64,000 nt of DNA from Rickettsiaceae bacterium (GTDB lineage Bacteria > Pseudomonadota > Alphaproteobacteria > Rickettsiales > UBA1997): NCBI GenBank assembly GCA_021323225.1, contig JAJTCH010000003.1, positions 1,495 through 65,494 of the forward strand. Reading direction: 5' to 3'. Positions 1 to 10,568 of this stretch are shown piece after piece. The position numbers were made by a program, and so were the translations under genes. The notes under the pieces are model-generated. The model had not been told where the DNA came from. It saw only the letters and a list, made by a program, of their open reading frames with translations, and ran no database searches. Numbering within the stretch: position 1 is the first letter of the stretch; every line of letters begins with the position of its first letter.

Positions 1-2
1 TA

Positions 3-227
3 AAAACTGCAAATGTTAGCAAATTGCTTAAATCTAATAAGATAGACCAAGCTTTGTTTTTATACCAATCAAAGGCTGGATCTAACGAGATTGTAAAACC
101 AACTCGTAATCTAAAAAATGTTAAAGCCTTGGATTTCAAAGGCTTGAATGTTTATGACATTCTTAACTTTGACTTTCTAGTGCTTGATAAAAATTTATTT
201 CAAACAATCAAAGAGGTGGCATTGTAA
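3..227 (+). CDS. rplD: 50S ribosomal protein L4, C-terminal part (truncated by window start)
   Basis: Open frame from the window edge; RNLKNVKALDFKGLNVYDIL matches the L4 C-terminus; directly upstream of rplW. Confidence 0.9.
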   Translation, partial: KTANVSKLLKSNKIDQALFLYQSKAGSNEIVKPTRNLKNVKALDFKGLNVYDILNFDFLVLDKNLFQTIKEVAL

Positions 228-517
228 TGGGTGCGGTTAATTACGATAAAATAAAAGGTCTGATTTATACCGAAAAGTCAAACAAACAGCTTGAACAAAA
301 CAAATATTGTTTTGAAGTCAGTAATGATTGTGACAAAAGTGAAATCAAATCTTTGCTAAAGGCAATATTTGCTGTTGATGTTACAAAAGTAAATATCAGC
401 AATGTTTCAGGCAAAATTAAGAGATTTAAAGGTATAATTGGCGAAAGAACTTCTTACAAGAAAGCTCTGGTTACTCTGAAGGAAGGTCAATCAATCAACT
501 TCGAAGGTTTAAATTAG
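227..517 (+). CDS. rplW: 50S ribosomal protein L23
   Basis: [24 protein letters not shown] motifs; S10 operon position. Confidence 0.95.
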   Translation: MGAVNYDKIKGLIYTEKSNKQLEQNKYCFEVSNDCDKSEIKSLLKAIFAVDVTKVNISNVSGKIKRFKGIIGERTSYKKALVTLKEGQSINFEGLN

Positions 518-522
518 ATAAA

Positions 523-1353
523 ATGGCAATCAAAAATTATAAAGCTATTACTCCAGCTTTAAGACAATTGAAGTTGGTAGACAGAAGTGAACTGTGGAAA
601 TCCTCTCCTTTGAAGATTTTAACCACTACCTCCCCTGTTCAAGCTGGAAGAAATAACAAAGGTCATATAACAGTTAGACATAAATCCGGTGGACATAAGA
701 AATCTTATCGTATCGTGGATTTCAAGAGAAATAGGTTTGATATTGAGGCTGTTGTTGAAAGATTAGAATATGATCCAAACAGAACTGCTTTTATTGCGCT
801 GATCAAATATACTGATGGAGTTTATTCTTATATAATCGCTCCTCACAAATTAAAAGTTGGCGATAAAATTGTTTCTTCAAAACAACTAGTTGACGTGAAA
901 ATTGGTAATTCAATGCCTCTTTCAGTCATTCCTATTGGATCAATAATTCATAATATTGAATTAAAACCAGGTTGTGGTGCTGCAGTTTCAAGATCAGCAG
1001 GTACTTATTCACAATTGGTTGGTAAAGATGGTGGTTATGCCTTGGTAAAAATGCAATCTGGAGAAATCAGATTATTTTTGCTTGATTGTATGGCAACTAT
1101 TGGTTCAGTTTCAAATTTAGATAACAAAAATATCTCTATTGGTAAAGCCGGCAGATCTAGGTGGCTTGGTATTAGACCAACAGTTAGAGGGGTAGCAATG
1201 AACCCTGTTGATCACCCACATGGTGGTGGTGAAGGAAGAACTTCTGGTGGCCGCCACCCTGTTTCTCCAACTGGTAAGTCAGCTAAAGGTAAAAAAACTA
1301 GATCAAGAAAAAAGTCAAATCGTTTAATTGTTAAAAATCGACATAAGAAATAA
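523..1353 (+). CDS. rplB: 50S ribosomal protein L2
   Basis: [12 protein letters not shown] and [17 protein letters not shown] motifs. Confidence 0.99.
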   Translation: MAIKNYKAITPALRQLKLVDRSELWKSSPLKILTTTSPVQAGRNNKGHITVRHKSGGHKKSYRIVDFKRNRFDIEAVVERLEYDPNRTAFIALIKYTDGVYSYIIAPHKLKVGDKIVSSKQLVDVKIGNSMPLSVIPIGSIIHNIELKPGCGAAVSRSAGTYSQLVGKDGGYALVKMQSGEIRLFLLDCMATIGSVSNLDNKNISIGKAGRSRWLGIRPTVRGVAMNPVDHPHGGGEGRTSGGRHPVSPTGKSAKGKKTRSRKKSNRLIVKNRHKK

Positions 1354-1355
1354 TT

Positions 1356-1634
1356 ATGCCTAGGTCATCTTGGAAATTGCCATTTGTTGATGGTTATTTA
1401 CTAAAAAAAGTTAAGGAATATAACAGCTCTTCAAAGAAGCAAATTATTAAAATTTGGTCTAGAAGATCTACCATTCTTCCACAATTTGTTGGTGTTAATT
1501 TTGCTGTCTATAATGGCAAAAAATTTGTCTCCGTTTTAGTTAGCGAAGGTATGGTCGGCCATAAATTTGGTGAGTTTGCGCCAACTAGAACTTTTTACGG
1601 ACATTCTGCTGATAAAACTATTAAAAAAGCCTAG
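1356..1634 (+). CDS. rpsS: 30S ribosomal protein S19
   Basis: WSRRSTILP and [13 protein letters not shown] motifs. Confidence 0.98.
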   Translation: MPRSSWKLPFVDGYLLKKVKEYNSSSKKQIIKIWSRRSTILPQFVGVNFAVYNGKKFVSVLVSEGMVGHKFGEFAPTRTFYGHSADKTIKKA

Positions 1635-1637
1635 AAT

Positions 1638-2012
1638 ATGACTAAGAAAGTAGATCAAAAAAACTCAGAAGAAAAACTAGCGGTGGCATATTTAAATGCT
1701 GTTAAATCTAGTCCGCTTAAAGTTATGAAACTTACAGGCAATCTTATAAACTTGCCGGTAGCAGAAGTTTTAATGAAACTTAAATTTTGCAATTTGAAAG
1801 TTGCTAAGCCAGTAAGAGACCTGGTTTATTCAGCAATGTCTAACGCAGAAAATAACCATAATATGGATGTTGATAATTTATTCGTTAAAAGAATTGATGT
1901 CGGTCGTGCCTTTGCTTTGAAGAGATTCAGTGCAAGAGCTAGAGGCAGATCAAGTCGAATATTAAAAACTTTTAGCAACATCAGAGTTGTATTAGTGGAA
2001 AAACAAAATTAA
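1638..2012 (+). CDS. rplV: 50S ribosomal protein L22
   Basis: SAMSNAENNH and LKRFSARARGR motifs; operon position. Confidence 0.96.
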   Translation: MTKKVDQKNSEEKLAVAYLNAVKSSPLKVMKLTGNLINLPVAEVLMKLKFCNLKVAKPVRDLVYSAMSNAENNHNMDVDNLFVKRIDVGRAFALKRFSARARGRSSRILKTFSNIRVVLVEKQN

Positions 2013-2030
2013 TAACGCGAGGTACGAACA

Positions 2031-2660
2031 GTGGGTCAAAAAGTTAATCCAGTTGGTTTTAGAATTGTAAACAAAAAGGGCTGGGAATCAGTTTGGTTTG
2101 ATAAAAAATCATACGCCAAAAAACTGATTAATGACATCCAGATAAGAAAATTTATTAAAACTAAGTATGCTCATTGCGGCATATCTAATGTCATTATTGA
2201 AAGACCGTCGGATAAAGTTAATCTCATTATCAAAACTTCTAAACCAGGTGTTTTGATAGGTAAAAAAGGTTCAGATATTGAAAAGATTAACCAAGCAGTT
2301 GAAAAAATTTCTGGTGTAAAAGTTGACGTTAAGGTTGTTGAGGTTGATAAGCCGGATATTAATGCTTCCCTAATCGCTCAGTCTATTGCAAAACAATTAG
2401 AAAGTCGCGCTGCTTTCAAGAAAGTTATGAAAAAGTCGATGCAATCGGCTCTTAAATACGGTGCTTTAGGTATAAAAATTTCCTGCTCTGGAAGATTGGG
2501 TGGTGCTGAAATTGCTAGAACTGAATGGTATAAAGAAGGGTCAGTCCCTCTTCATACTTTGAGATGTGATATTGACTATGCAACTGCTAATGCCTACACA
2601 ACTTATGGTGTTATTGGTGTTAAAGTCTGGGTCCATAAGGGATTTGTAGATAAAAAATAA
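2031..2660 (+). CDS. rpsC: 30S ribosomal protein S3
   Basis: MGQKVNPVGFR, GRLGGAEIARTEW, PLHTLR motifs; GTG start with GAGGT upstream. Confidence 0.98.
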   Translation: MGQKVNPVGFRIVNKKGWESVWFDKKSYAKKLINDIQIRKFIKTKYAHCGISNVIIERPSDKVNLIIKTSKPGVLIGKKGSDIEKINQAVEKISGVKVDVKVVEVDKPDINASLIAQSIAKQLESRAAFKKVMKKSMQSALKYGALGIKISCSGRLGGAEIARTEWYKEGSVPLHTLRCDIDYATANAYTTYGVIGVKVWVHKGFVDKK

Positions 2661-2674
2661 TCTGAAATATTCGC

Positions 2675-3088
2675 ATGCTAGTACCAAGTAAAACAAAATA
2701 TAGAAAGGCCCAAAAAGGCGGTAAAAAAATCCTAGGAAATGCCAATTCCGGCAATAGCTTAGCTTATGGTTCTTTTGGTTTAAAATCCCTAGAGCCATGT
2801 AAATTGAACTCTAAGCAAATAGAATCAGCCAGAAAAGTTCTTAGCCGTTACATGAAAAGATCTGGCAAAATGTGGATCTCGGTTTTCCCTCATACTCCGG
2901 TTACAAAAAAACCTGCTGAAGTAAGAATGGGTAGTGGTAAAGGTAATGTAGAATATTATATTGCTAAGATTAAGCCAGGTAGAATTATATTTGAGATTGA
3001 TGGAGTTGATGAGCAATCATCAATTCTTGCCCTAACTAAAGCTTCAGCGAAGCTACCTTTTAAGACTAAAATTGTTAATTTGATCTAA
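2675..3088 (+). CDS. rplP: 50S ribosomal protein L16
   Basis: KKPAEVRMGSGKG motif. Confidence 0.98.
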   Translation: MLVPSKTKYRKAQKGGKKILGNANSGNSLAYGSFGLKSLEPCKLNSKQIESARKVLSRYMKRSGKMWISVFPHTPVTKKPAEVRMGSGKGNVEYYIAKIKPGRIIFEIDGVDEQSSILALTKASAKLPFKTKIVNLI

Positions 3089-3093
3089 TAGTC

Positions 3094-3261
3094 ATGTCTG
3101 CTACTGAAGATAAAAAATCTCTTTTACAAGAGATCTCGTCAAAAAAGAAAAGTCTTTTGATGATGAGAATTAAGCGTTCCTCTGGTGATTTTGAGGCAGC
3201 TAAAAATATGAAAAATACTAGAAAAGAAATTGCTAGGTTGTTTACAAAGGTTAATGCATAA
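3094..3261 (+). CDS. rpmC: 50S ribosomal protein L29 (55 aa, not in the ORF track)
   Basis: Hand translation MSATEDKKSLLQEISSKKKSLLMMRIKRSSGDFEAAKNMKNTRKEIARLFTKVNA; RKEIARL motif; lies exactly between rplP and rpsQ. Confidence 0.9.
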   Translation: MSATEDKKSLLQEISSKKKSLLMMRIKRSSGDFEAAKNMKNTRKEIARLFTKVNA

Positions 3262-3263
3262 AT

Positions 3264-3476
3264 ATGAAAGTAAAAATTTTAAGCATAATTGATAATAAGA
3301 CTTTCAAAGCGGAAGCAACTTCGTATAAGGCGCACAAAAAATATGGGAAATATCTTACCTCTCATAAAAAATATTTAGTGCATTATGAGGGTGATAAAAA
3401 ATTGAATATTGGCGAAGAAGTTACAATTTCTGAAACTAGGCCGATATCAAAAAATAAAAGATGGATACTTAAATAA
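3264..3476 (+). CDS. rpsQ: 30S ribosomal protein S17 (short, divergent)
   Basis: HKKYGK and [11 protein letters not shown] motifs; operon position. Confidence 0.93.
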   Translation: MKVKILSIIDNKTFKAEATSYKAHKKYGKYLTSHKKYLVHYEGDKKLNIGEEVTISETRPISKNKRWILK

Positions 3477-3508
3477 CCAAATATTTTAAATTAAAAGGTT
3501 CTAAGAAA

Positions 3509-3877
3509 ATGATTCAAATGCAAACAAATCTGGTAGTGGCCGATAACTCGGGCGCTAAATCTGCCAGGTGCATCAAAGTTTTGGGTGGAAGTAATCACAT
3601 GATTACATCGGTTGGTGATATTATAGTTGTTTCAATTACCGATGTTATACCTGGATCAAAAGTTAAAAAAGGTCAAGTTGCTAAAGCGGTTATTGTTAGA
3701 ACCAAGAACAAAACCGTTAGACCAGACGGAAGCTTCATTGTTTTTGATGACAATGCGGTTGTTTTGGTTGATAAAGATGGAGAGCCTGTTGCAACTCGTG
3801 TTTTTGGTCCTGTTGCTAGGGAAGTCAGACAAAAGAATTTTTTAAAAATCGTTTCACTTGCTTCGGAGGTATTATAG
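3509..3877 (+). CDS. rplN: 50S ribosomal protein L14
   Basis: [34 protein letters not shown] motifs. Confidence 0.99.
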   Translation: MIQMQTNLVVADNSGAKSARCIKVLGGSNHMITSVGDIIVVSITDVIPGSKVKKGQVAKAVIVRTKNKTVRPDGSFIVFDDNAVVLVDKDGEPVATRVFGPVAREVRQKNFLKIVSLASEVL

Positions 3878-4195
3878 ATGGCGCTTAAATTTAAAAAGAA
3901 TGATCAGGTTATAGTTGTGTCTGGTTCAAATAAAGGTAAAACCGGCAATATCTTGTCAGTACAAGATGAACGTGTGGTTATTGCTGGTGTGAATTTGGCA
4001 ACTATACATAAAAAGCCGACTTCTAATCAGTCTGGAGAAATAACCAAAAAAGAAATGTCAATCCACATTTCTAATATTTCTCATATTGAGAATGGTAAGC
4101 CAGTAAAAATTGCTTTCCGAGTTGAAGAAGGAAAAGGTAAAAATTTTACCAAAAAAATTCGTGTTTCTAAAAAAACCGGTAAGAAAATTGATTAA
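3878..4195 (+). CDS. rplX: 50S ribosomal protein L24
   Basis: KOW-like VIVVSGSNKGKTG and KEMSIHISN. Confidence 0.96.
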   Translation: MALKFKKNDQVIVVSGSNKGKTGNILSVQDERVVIAGVNLATIHKKPTSNQSGEITKKEMSIHISNISHIENGKPVKIAFRVEEGKGKNFTKKIRVSKKTGKKID

Positions 4196-4223
4196 TAATT
4201 GAATATTGAAATTTGTAAAAACG

Positions 4224-4757
4224 ATGTCTTACACAAAGGAATTGTATAAAAAATCCATAGCTGATTTGAAGAAGCAGTTTTCCTATAAAAATGATATGGA
4301 AGTTCCTCAGCTAAAAAAAGTTAGCATTAATGTTGGAATTAAAGCAGTTGATAGTGATAATAAATTTCTTTCATATCTTGCAAATCAAGTTTCTGCTATT
4401 GCTGGGCAAAAAGCAGTTTTGACAAAATCTAATAAATCAATCGCAACTTTCAAATTGAGAGAAAATATGGCGATTGGCTGTATGGTGACTTTGAGAGGTA
4501 AAAAGATGTATGAGTTTATGGATCGCTTGGTTTATATTGCATTACCTAGAATTAGGGATTTTAGAGGATTATCTTCTAAGGGTTTTAATCAGAGTGGACA
4601 TTATAGCTTTGGCCTCAAAGAACATAACGTATTTTTGGAAGTTGATCTAGATAATATTCTAAAGATGTTTGGTATGAACATTACCATTGTTACTAATGCT
4701 AAAAGCAAGGAAGAGTCAGTATATCTCTTAAAAAAGCTTAATCTACCTATCAAATAA
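4224..4757 (+). CDS. rplE: 50S ribosomal protein L5 (alternative TTG start at 4206)
   Basis: SIATFKLRE, VTLRG, ALPRIRDFRG motifs. Confidence 0.97.
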   Translation: MSYTKELYKKSIADLKKQFSYKNDMEVPQLKKVSINVGIKAVDSDNKFLSYLANQVSAIAGQKAVLTKSNKSIATFKLRENMAIGCMVTLRGKKMYEFMDRLVYIALPRIRDFRGLSSKGFNQSGHYSFGLKEHNVFLEVDLDNILKMFGMNITIVTNAKSKEESVYLLKKLNLPIK

Positions 4758-4760
4758 TTT

Positions 4761-5066
4761 ATGGCTAAAAAAAGTTCAATTAATAAAAATTTAAGAAGAA
4801 AGGATTTAGCCACTAGGCTAAAAAACAAGAGATCTGCCTTATCGAATATCGCAAAGAATGCTGATTTGCCTTTTGAAGATAGATTAAAAGCTCAAATTAA
4901 ACTATCAGAACTGCCTAGAAACAGTGCTGAAATTAGATATAGAAATAGGTGCAGTCTTACTGGAAGGCCAAGAGGCGTTTACAGAAAATTCTCCTTGTCT
5001 AGGATAGCCATAAGAGAACTAGCTTCTTGGGGTCAAATTCCTGGTTTAATCAAATCAAGTTGGTAA
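4761..5066 (+). CDS. rpsN: 30S ribosomal protein S14 (long, zinc-free type)
   Basis: [12 protein letters not shown] and [11 protein letters not shown] motifs; 101 aa. Confidence 0.98.
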   Translation: MAKKSSINKNLRRKDLATRLKNKRSALSNIAKNADLPFEDRLKAQIKLSELPRNSAEIRYRNRCSLTGRPRGVYRKFSLSRIAIRELASWGQIPGLIKSSW

Positions 5067-5073
5067 TTACAAG

Positions 5074-5472
5074 ATGTCAGTGAATCATTCAGTTTCTGAT
5101 TTAGCAGCCATTATCCGTAACGGTTATATGGTGGGTCGTAGGGTGGTTAGCTCTCCGGTTTCTAAATTAAGAGAAGGTATATTAAAAATTCTAAAAGAAG
5201 AAGGCTATATATTGAACTATAGCAGAGTTAATCAAGACAGCGGAATAAGCAAGTTTGATATTCATCTAAAATATCATCTTTCTAATCCAGTTGTTAGTGA
5301 AATTTCTGTTATTTCTAAGCCTGGTAAAAGAGTGTATTGCACTGCCGATAAAATTCCGGTTGTTAGAAATGGCTTGGGTATGGTTATTATTTCTACTTCT
5401 AGTGGTATCGTTTCGGATCATGCTGCAAGAAATAGCAAGATTGGCGGTGAAGTTTTATTAAAGATATTTTAA
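5074..5472 (+). CDS. rpsH: 30S ribosomal protein S8
   Basis: ILKEEGYI, SKPGKRVY, GLGMVIISTSSG, IGGEVL motifs. Confidence 0.98.
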   Translation: MSVNHSVSDLAAIIRNGYMVGRRVVSSPVSKLREGILKILKEEGYILNYSRVNQDSGISKFDIHLKYHLSNPVVSEISVISKPGKRVYCTADKIPVVRNGLGMVIISTSSGIVSDHAARNSKIGGEVLLKIF

Positions 5473-5507
5473 TTCAAATTTAATTTTTAGAAAAAGGTAC
5501 AAGATTT

Positions 5508-6041
5508 ATGTCACGAGTTGGTAAGTTACCGGTTAAATTGCCTAGCAATATCAAAGTTAGTGTTAGCGGTAGAGTGATAAATTTTGATAATGGTAAGGTC
5601 AAAAAATCCTATCAAGTAAGTCCTTCTGTCAATATCTCTTATGTGGGAGATGAAGTCAAATTCTCAGCCAAAGAAGGTTTTGAAAAGGCTTCAACTGATG
5701 TTGGTATGGATAGAAGTAATGTCAAAAATATTGTTTTGGGCCTTCAAACTCCATTCAAAATTACTTTAGAGATTAATGGAGTTGGCTATAAAGCTGCAGT
5801 AGATAAGGGTGGACTCTTCATGAGTCTGGGATATAGTCATGAAATTTTTTATCTATTGCCAAAAAATGTTGCTGCTGTTTTTGAGAAACCAAATCTAATT
5901 GTCTTAACTAGTGATGATAAAGTGCTGGTTGGACAAGTAGCTTCTGAAATAATTTCTTTTAGAAAGCCTGAACCATATAAAGGTAAAGGCATCAAAATTG
6001 CTGGTAAGGCAATTGTTCGAAAAGAAGGTAAGAAAAAATAA
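5508..6041 (+). CDS. rplF: 50S ribosomal protein L6
   Basis: MSRVGKLP, GVGYKA, LGYSH, RKPEPYKGKGI motifs. Confidence 0.98.
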   Translation: MSRVGKLPVKLPSNIKVSVSGRVINFDNGKVKKSYQVSPSVNISYVGDEVKFSAKEGFEKASTDVGMDRSNVKNIVLGLQTPFKITLEINGVGYKAAVDKGGLFMSLGYSHEIFYLLPKNVAAVFEKPNLIVLTSDDKVLVGQVASEIISFRKPEPYKGKGIKIAGKAIVRKEGKKK

Positions 6042-6060
6042 TTAAACAAAAGTATTCGCT

Positions 6061-6414
6061 ATGTCAGCTAGTAGTTCTCGCAAAAGACAATTGAGAGTTA
6101 GAAATAACATCAAGAAAAAAAATAAAAATCAGAGATCAAAAATATCTGTTTTTAGATCAAACAAAAACATCTATGTACAGTTGATAGATATGAGTGGCAA
6201 AGTTTTACAATCTTGCTCATCTCTATCTATAGATGAAAAAGATATTAAAGACGCAAGTGGTATTGAGATTGCCAAAATTGTTGGCAAAAAGTTTGGCAAG
6301 GCCTGTGTTGATAGTGGTATAAAAGAAGTAGTATTCGACAAAGGACAATATCTATATGGCGGTAGAGTTATGGCATTAGCTGATTCTTGTCGCGAAGCTG
6401 GTCTAAAATTCTAA
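6061..6414 (+). CDS. rplR: 50S ribosomal protein L18
   Basis: VFRSNKNIYVQLID, VVFDKG.Y.Y.GRV.ALA...RE.GL.F motifs. Confidence 0.97.
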   Translation: MSASSSRKRQLRVRNNIKKKNKNQRSKISVFRSNKNIYVQLIDMSGKVLQSCSSLSIDEKDIKDASGIEIAKIVGKKFGKACVDSGIKEVVFDKGQYLYGGRVMALADSCREAGLKF

Positions 6415-6441
6415 CTAATTAAATTTAAATAATTAAAGCAG

Positions 6442-6993
6442 ATGTCAAAACCTAATAAGAATCCGGTCGAATTAGTAGAAAAGCTGGTTGCGGTTAATAA
6501 AGTTTCTAAAACTGTTAAAGGTGGTAAAAACTTTTCTTTTACTGCTTTGGTAGTTGTTGGCGATAGAGCTGGCAAAGTAGGATTTGGTAAAGGTAATGCC
6601 AAGGAAGTTGTGGATGCAAAAAGAAAAGCATTTGAAGCTGCCAAAAAATCTTTAGTCAGAGTTCCTCTTAAAGAAGGTAGAACTATTCATCATGATGTAG
6701 AAGGTAAATTTTGCTCAGCAAAAGTTAGCATGAGATCAGCTCCAGCTGGTACCGGTGTAATTGCTGGTGGTGCAATGAGGGCGATATTTGAATGTGCTGG
6801 AATACATGATGTTGTGTCTAAGTCTCTTGGGACCTCAAACCCTTATAACATGGTATGGGCTACTTTTCAGGCCTTAAGCAAATTATCATCGCCTAGAAGT
6901 ATTGCTGATAAAAGATCAAAAGAAATTTCTGAAATTATTAAAAAGAGAAATTCGGTTTCAAAAACAAGCAACAACAATAATGGTGAGGTTTAA
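6442..6993 (+). CDS. rpsE: 30S ribosomal protein S5
   Basis: [19 protein letters not shown] and [11 protein letters not shown] motifs. Confidence 0.98.
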   Translation: MSKPNKNPVELVEKLVAVNKVSKTVKGGKNFSFTALVVVGDRAGKVGFGKGNAKEVVDAKRKAFEAAKKSLVRVPLKEGRTIHHDVEGKFCSAKVSMRSAPAGTGVIAGGAMRAIFECAGIHDVVSKSLGTSNPYNMVWATFQALSKLSSPRSIADKRSKEISEIIKKRNSVSKTSNNNNGEV

Positions 6994-7194
6994 ATGTTAT
7001 TTGATGATTTGTTAGATAAAAAAGTTTCTATTACTCAAGTTAGAAGTGGGTCTAAATCAGTTAAAAGTCAAAAAGCTACTTTGATTGGTTTGGGTTTGAG
7101 GGGCATTAATACCAGCTCTGAGCTTGTAGCTTCCAAAGATGTTTTGGGCATGGTTAAGAAGGTGAGTCATCTTATTAAAGTTTCTGCTGTATAA
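6994..7194 (+). CDS. rpmD: 50S ribosomal protein L30
   Basis: [25 protein letters not shown] motifs; between rpsE and rplO. Confidence 0.93.
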   Translation: MLFDDLLDKKVSITQVRSGSKSVKSQKATLIGLGLRGINTSSELVASKDVLGMVKKVSHLIKVSAV

Positions 7195-7205
7195 AAATAA
7201 TTGTT

Positions 7206-7637
7206 ATGCAAATCCTAAATAATATCGCTAAGTTAAAAACTAATAACCGTAAAAGAGTTGGTCGTGGAATTGGCTCTGGTACTGGGAAAACTTCTGGCCG
7301 CGGCGTCAAAGGACAAAAAGCTAGAACTGGTTCTGCCATGAAAGGTTTTGAAGGGGGCCAAACCCCAATTTACATGAGATTGCCTAAAAAGGGTTTTAAA
7401 AGCCATCGTGGTGATAGATATGAGGTAGTAAATTTACGCAATGTTTTATCTTTAGTTGAAAGCAAAAAAATTGATATCTCTACATCTGTTACAAAAGAAA
7501 AGCTATTTGCTGCTGGTTTGATAAGTAGCCAAGATGTTAAGGTTAAGTTAATTATGTCCAAAGGTGACAAGGTGAATTCGGGTCTAAAATTTAAAGTGGA
7601 TTTTTACTCCAAGTCAGCACAATCTTTTGCTGGATAG
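7206..7637 (+). CDS. rplO: 50S ribosomal protein L15
   Basis: [17 protein letters not shown] and [15 protein letters not shown] motifs. Confidence 0.97.
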   Translation: MQILNNIAKLKTNNRKRVGRGIGSGTGKTSGRGVKGQKARTGSAMKGFEGGQTPIYMRLPKKGFKSHRGDRYEVVNLRNVLSLVESKKIDISTSVTKEKLFAAGLISSQDVKVKLIMSKGDKVNSGLKFKVDFYSKSAQSFAG

Positions 7638-7736
7638 GCAATCTAAGATCTTTGCTTTCCAGAAAGACCGTAGCCCATCTTCTGTCTACAAGTATACATT
7701 ATTATATTCCTCTTAACGCCCATATTTTAATACAAG

Positions 7737-9005
7737 GTGCAAAATTCTGATTTAAAAAAGAGAATATTATTTACCCTTTTTATCCTGTTGATTTACAGAT
7801 TCGGTACTTTTGTGCCAATTCCTGGCATCAATGGTGAGGTAGTGCAAAAGTTCTTTACTGGAAAAGGGTCGAGCATGTTTGGCATGGTTAATCTTTTTTC
7901 TGGTGGTGCTTTAGAGCGTATGAGTATTTTTGCTCTAAACATTATGCCTTATATTACCGCTTCTATTATAATGCAGATTTTAACCTCAATGTACAAAGGT
8001 CTTGAGGCTTTAAAAAAAGAGGGTGATTACGGAAGAGCAAAAATAAATCAATACACAAGATATCTTACTATAATCTTGGCCGTGTTCCAATCCATTAGTG
8101 TCTATTACGCCCTTTCTTCAGCTGGTAATAATATGTTTATCAGCGATTCCAAAATATTTTTATGGACAACTTGTGTCAGTTTAGTTGGCGGCACAGTAAT
8201 GTTGATGTGGTTTGGAGAAAGAATAACTACATCTGGTATCGGAAATGGAATTTCCCTCATCATTTTTGTCGGCATAGTTTCTTCAATTCCAACTACTTTT
8301 GCGCAATTTATGGACCTCTCTAGAAGTGGGGTGTACTCAATTGTTTTTGTCGTGCTGTTTTTTGCTTCCTTCATTTTTTTTGTTGCTTTAGTGGCATTCG
8401 TTGAAAAAACCCATCGTCGTATCAAAATTCAATATCCAAACGGCGCAATGATGAGAGTCAATGGAATGTCAGACTCCTCGTTTTTACCACTTAAAATTAA
8501 TATCTCTGGTGTCATACCGCCAATTTTTGCCAGCTCAATTTTAATGTTTCCGTCGGCAATTGGACAATTTATGGGTGGTGGCAGTGAAGTGTTTTTATCA
8601 TTCTTGTCTAGAGGTGGGCCAATATATTTATCAATATACGCAGCTCTGATTTTATTTTTCTCTTTCTTCTATTCTTCGATCATTTTTAATACCAAAGATG
8701 TAGCTAGTAATTTGAAGAAAAGTAACTGCTTTATTTCTGGTATCAGACCTGGGTCTAATACCTCAGCTTATTTAGATAAAATAATTGCTAGGCTGACTTT
8801 AATCGGAGCAATATATCTAATATTTGTTTGTATTATTCCAGAGATCTTAATTATCAATTATTCAATACCACTGCATATTGGCGGTACTGGCGTACTAATT
8901 GTAGTTAATGTTATACTGGATTTAGTCAATCAAATTCAGTCTCATCTTTTTTCTACCAAATATAGCAATACTGGTAAGAGAAAACGGGTAAAATTGAGGG
9001 CATAA
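7737..9005 (+). CDS. secY: Preprotein translocase subunit SecY
   Basis: PYITASII, GIGNGISLII, PLKINISGVIPPIFA, GIRPG, GGT motifs; about 10 TM segments. Confidence 0.98.
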   Translation: MQNSDLKKRILFTLFILLIYRFGTFVPIPGINGEVVQKFFTGKGSSMFGMVNLFSGGALERMSIFALNIMPYITASIIMQILTSMYKGLEALKKEGDYGRAKINQYTRYLTIILAVFQSISVYYALSSAGNNMFISDSKIFLWTTCVSLVGGTVMLMWFGERITTSGIGNGISLIIFVGIVSSIPTTFAQFMDLSRSGVYSIVFVVLFFASFIFFVALVAFVEKTHRRIKIQYPNGAMMRVNGMSDSSFLPLKINISGVIPPIFASSILMFPSAIGQFMGGGSEVFLSFLSRGGPIYLSIYAALILFFSFFYSSIIFNTKDVASNLKKSNCFISGIRPGSNTSAYLDKIIARLTLIGAIYLIFVCIIPEILIINYSIPLHIGGTGVLIVVNVILDLVNQIQSHLFSTKYSNTGKRKRVKLRA

Positions 9006-9668
9006 ATGATCAATATCATTTTTCTTGGAGCGCCAGGCTCGGGAAAGGGAACTCAAGCGGCTTTGTTAGCCAATGATTTAAAAATTCCAAATATTTCAGC
9101 TGGAGAAATATTAAGAAAGGAAGTAGCTGATAAAAGTGAGGTTGGGGTCTTAGCTAAAACTTATATGGATTCTGGTCAATTAGTGCCAGATTCGGTTGTG
9201 GTTGATATAATCAAAAAGCGTATTTCTGATATTGATTGTGTCAGTGGCTTTATATTGGATGGCTTTCCAAGAAATTTACACCAGGCTGAAATATTAGAAG
9301 TGATGCTTTCTGATGTTGGAAAGAAGATTAATTTAGTGCTTAATATTGAAGTTGATGAAGATGTTTTAGTAAAAAGAATTTCCGGCCGTTTTTCATGTAA
9401 AAAATGTGGCACTGTTTACAACCATTTCTTTAATCAAACAAAAGTGCCAAATATTTGTGATAAATGTGGCAGTACTGAGTTTATTAGTAGAAGTGATGAT
9501 AATGAAGAAACGGTAAAAAATCGTCTTCAAGTATATAATGATAATACTAGAGAACTTATTAGCTTTTATGGAAAGAAAAGCTTGATTTATTCAGTGGATG
9601 GTTTAAAAAATATCGCCCTTGTTAATTCTGAGATTAACAAAATATGCAAAGAGAAGTTTGGCATTTAG
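9006..9668 (+). CDS. adk: Adenylate kinase with zinc-binding lid
   Basis: GAPGSGKGTQA P-loop, GFILDGFPR, CKKCG...CDKCG lid, RSDD. Confidence 0.98.
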   Translation: MINIIFLGAPGSGKGTQAALLANDLKIPNISAGEILRKEVADKSEVGVLAKTYMDSGQLVPDSVVVDIIKKRISDIDCVSGFILDGFPRNLHQAEILEVMLSDVGKKINLVLNIEVDEDVLVKRISGRFSCKKCGTVYNHFFNQTKVPNICDKCGSTEFISRSDDNEETVKNRLQVYNDNTRELISFYGKKSLIYSVDGLKNIALVNSEINKICKEKFGI

Positions 9669-9747
9669 TCACTTCAGTTGTATTTTGATAGATTTTCACC
9701 CATTCAAAATATCATATTAGATTAACCAACAAATTTAAGGAGTTTAC

Positions 9748-10128
9748 TTGGCAAGAATAGCTGGTGTTAATATACCAAAAGAAAAAAGATTTGTCATTTC
9801 TTTGACCTACATATATGGGATTGGTGTTACTAGCGCCAATAAGATTTGCAAGAAATTAAAAATTAATCCTTTGACTAGAACTCATGAAGTTCCTGAATCA
9901 AAGCTTGCTGAAGTTAGAGCATTGCTTGAGAAAGAATATCCTGTTTTAGAGGGAGACTTAAGAAGAAAAAGAGCCTCAGATGTAAAAAGATTGGTTGATT
10001 TAGGTTGCTACCGAGGAATTAGGCATGTTAAAAAATTGCCGGTTAGAGGTCAGAGAACTCATACCAATGCTAGAACTAGAAAGGGCAAGGGCGTCGCTAT
10101 TGCTGGTAAGAAAAAAGTAACTAAATAA
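9748..10128 (+). CDS. rpsM: 30S ribosomal protein S13
   Basis: ARIAGVNIP and [17 protein letters not shown] motifs; TTG start with AAGGAG SD. Confidence 0.98.
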   Translation: MARIAGVNIPKEKRFVISLTYIYGIGVTSANKICKKLKINPLTRTHEVPESKLAEVRALLEKEYPVLEGDLRRKRASDVKRLVDLGCYRGIRHVKKLPVRGQRTHTNARTRKGKGVAIAGKKKVTK

Positions 10129-10138
10129 ACAATAATAT

Positions 10139-10531
10139 ATGGTAAAATATAGCGGCAAAAAAACATCTGCTAAAAAGAAAAAGAATGTTGTTAATGGCGT
10201 GGTTCATGTTTGTGCCACCTTCAATAATACCATAATTTCAATTACTGACCCACAAGGTAATTTAGTTTGTTGGTCATCAGCTGGAAAACATGGATTCAAA
10301 GGTTCAAGAAAAGCTACTCCATATGCTGCACAAGTTGCTACTCAAAGTGCTGTTGAGGCAGCTAAGGAATGCGGACTACAATCTGCTGTCGTTGAGATAA
10401 TCGGTCCTGGTGTTGGTAGAGAAGCATCTCTTCGCGCTCTTCAAGCTGCCAATATCAATGTTACTTCTATAATAGACAAAACTTATCACCCGCATAACGG
10501 TTGCAGACCAGCAAAGAGGAGAAGGGTTTAA
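10139..10531 (+). CDS. rpsK: 30S ribosomal protein S11
   Basis: [28 protein letters not shown] motifs. Confidence 0.98.
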   Translation: MVKYSGKKTSAKKKKNVVNGVVHVCATFNNTIISITDPQGNLVCWSSAGKHGFKGSRKATPYAAQVATQSAVEAAKECGLQSAVVEIIGPGVGREASLRALQAANINVTSIIDKTYHPHNGCRPAKRRRV

Positions 10532-10568
10532 GTCTATTTTCCATTAAAAATCATTTGAATTCATAAAT

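Noticed and set aside
9669-10568. Absence of infA/rpmJ/map before rpsM and of rpsD before rpoA
   Set aside because: Normal alphaproteobacterial arrangement, not a loss specific to this genome
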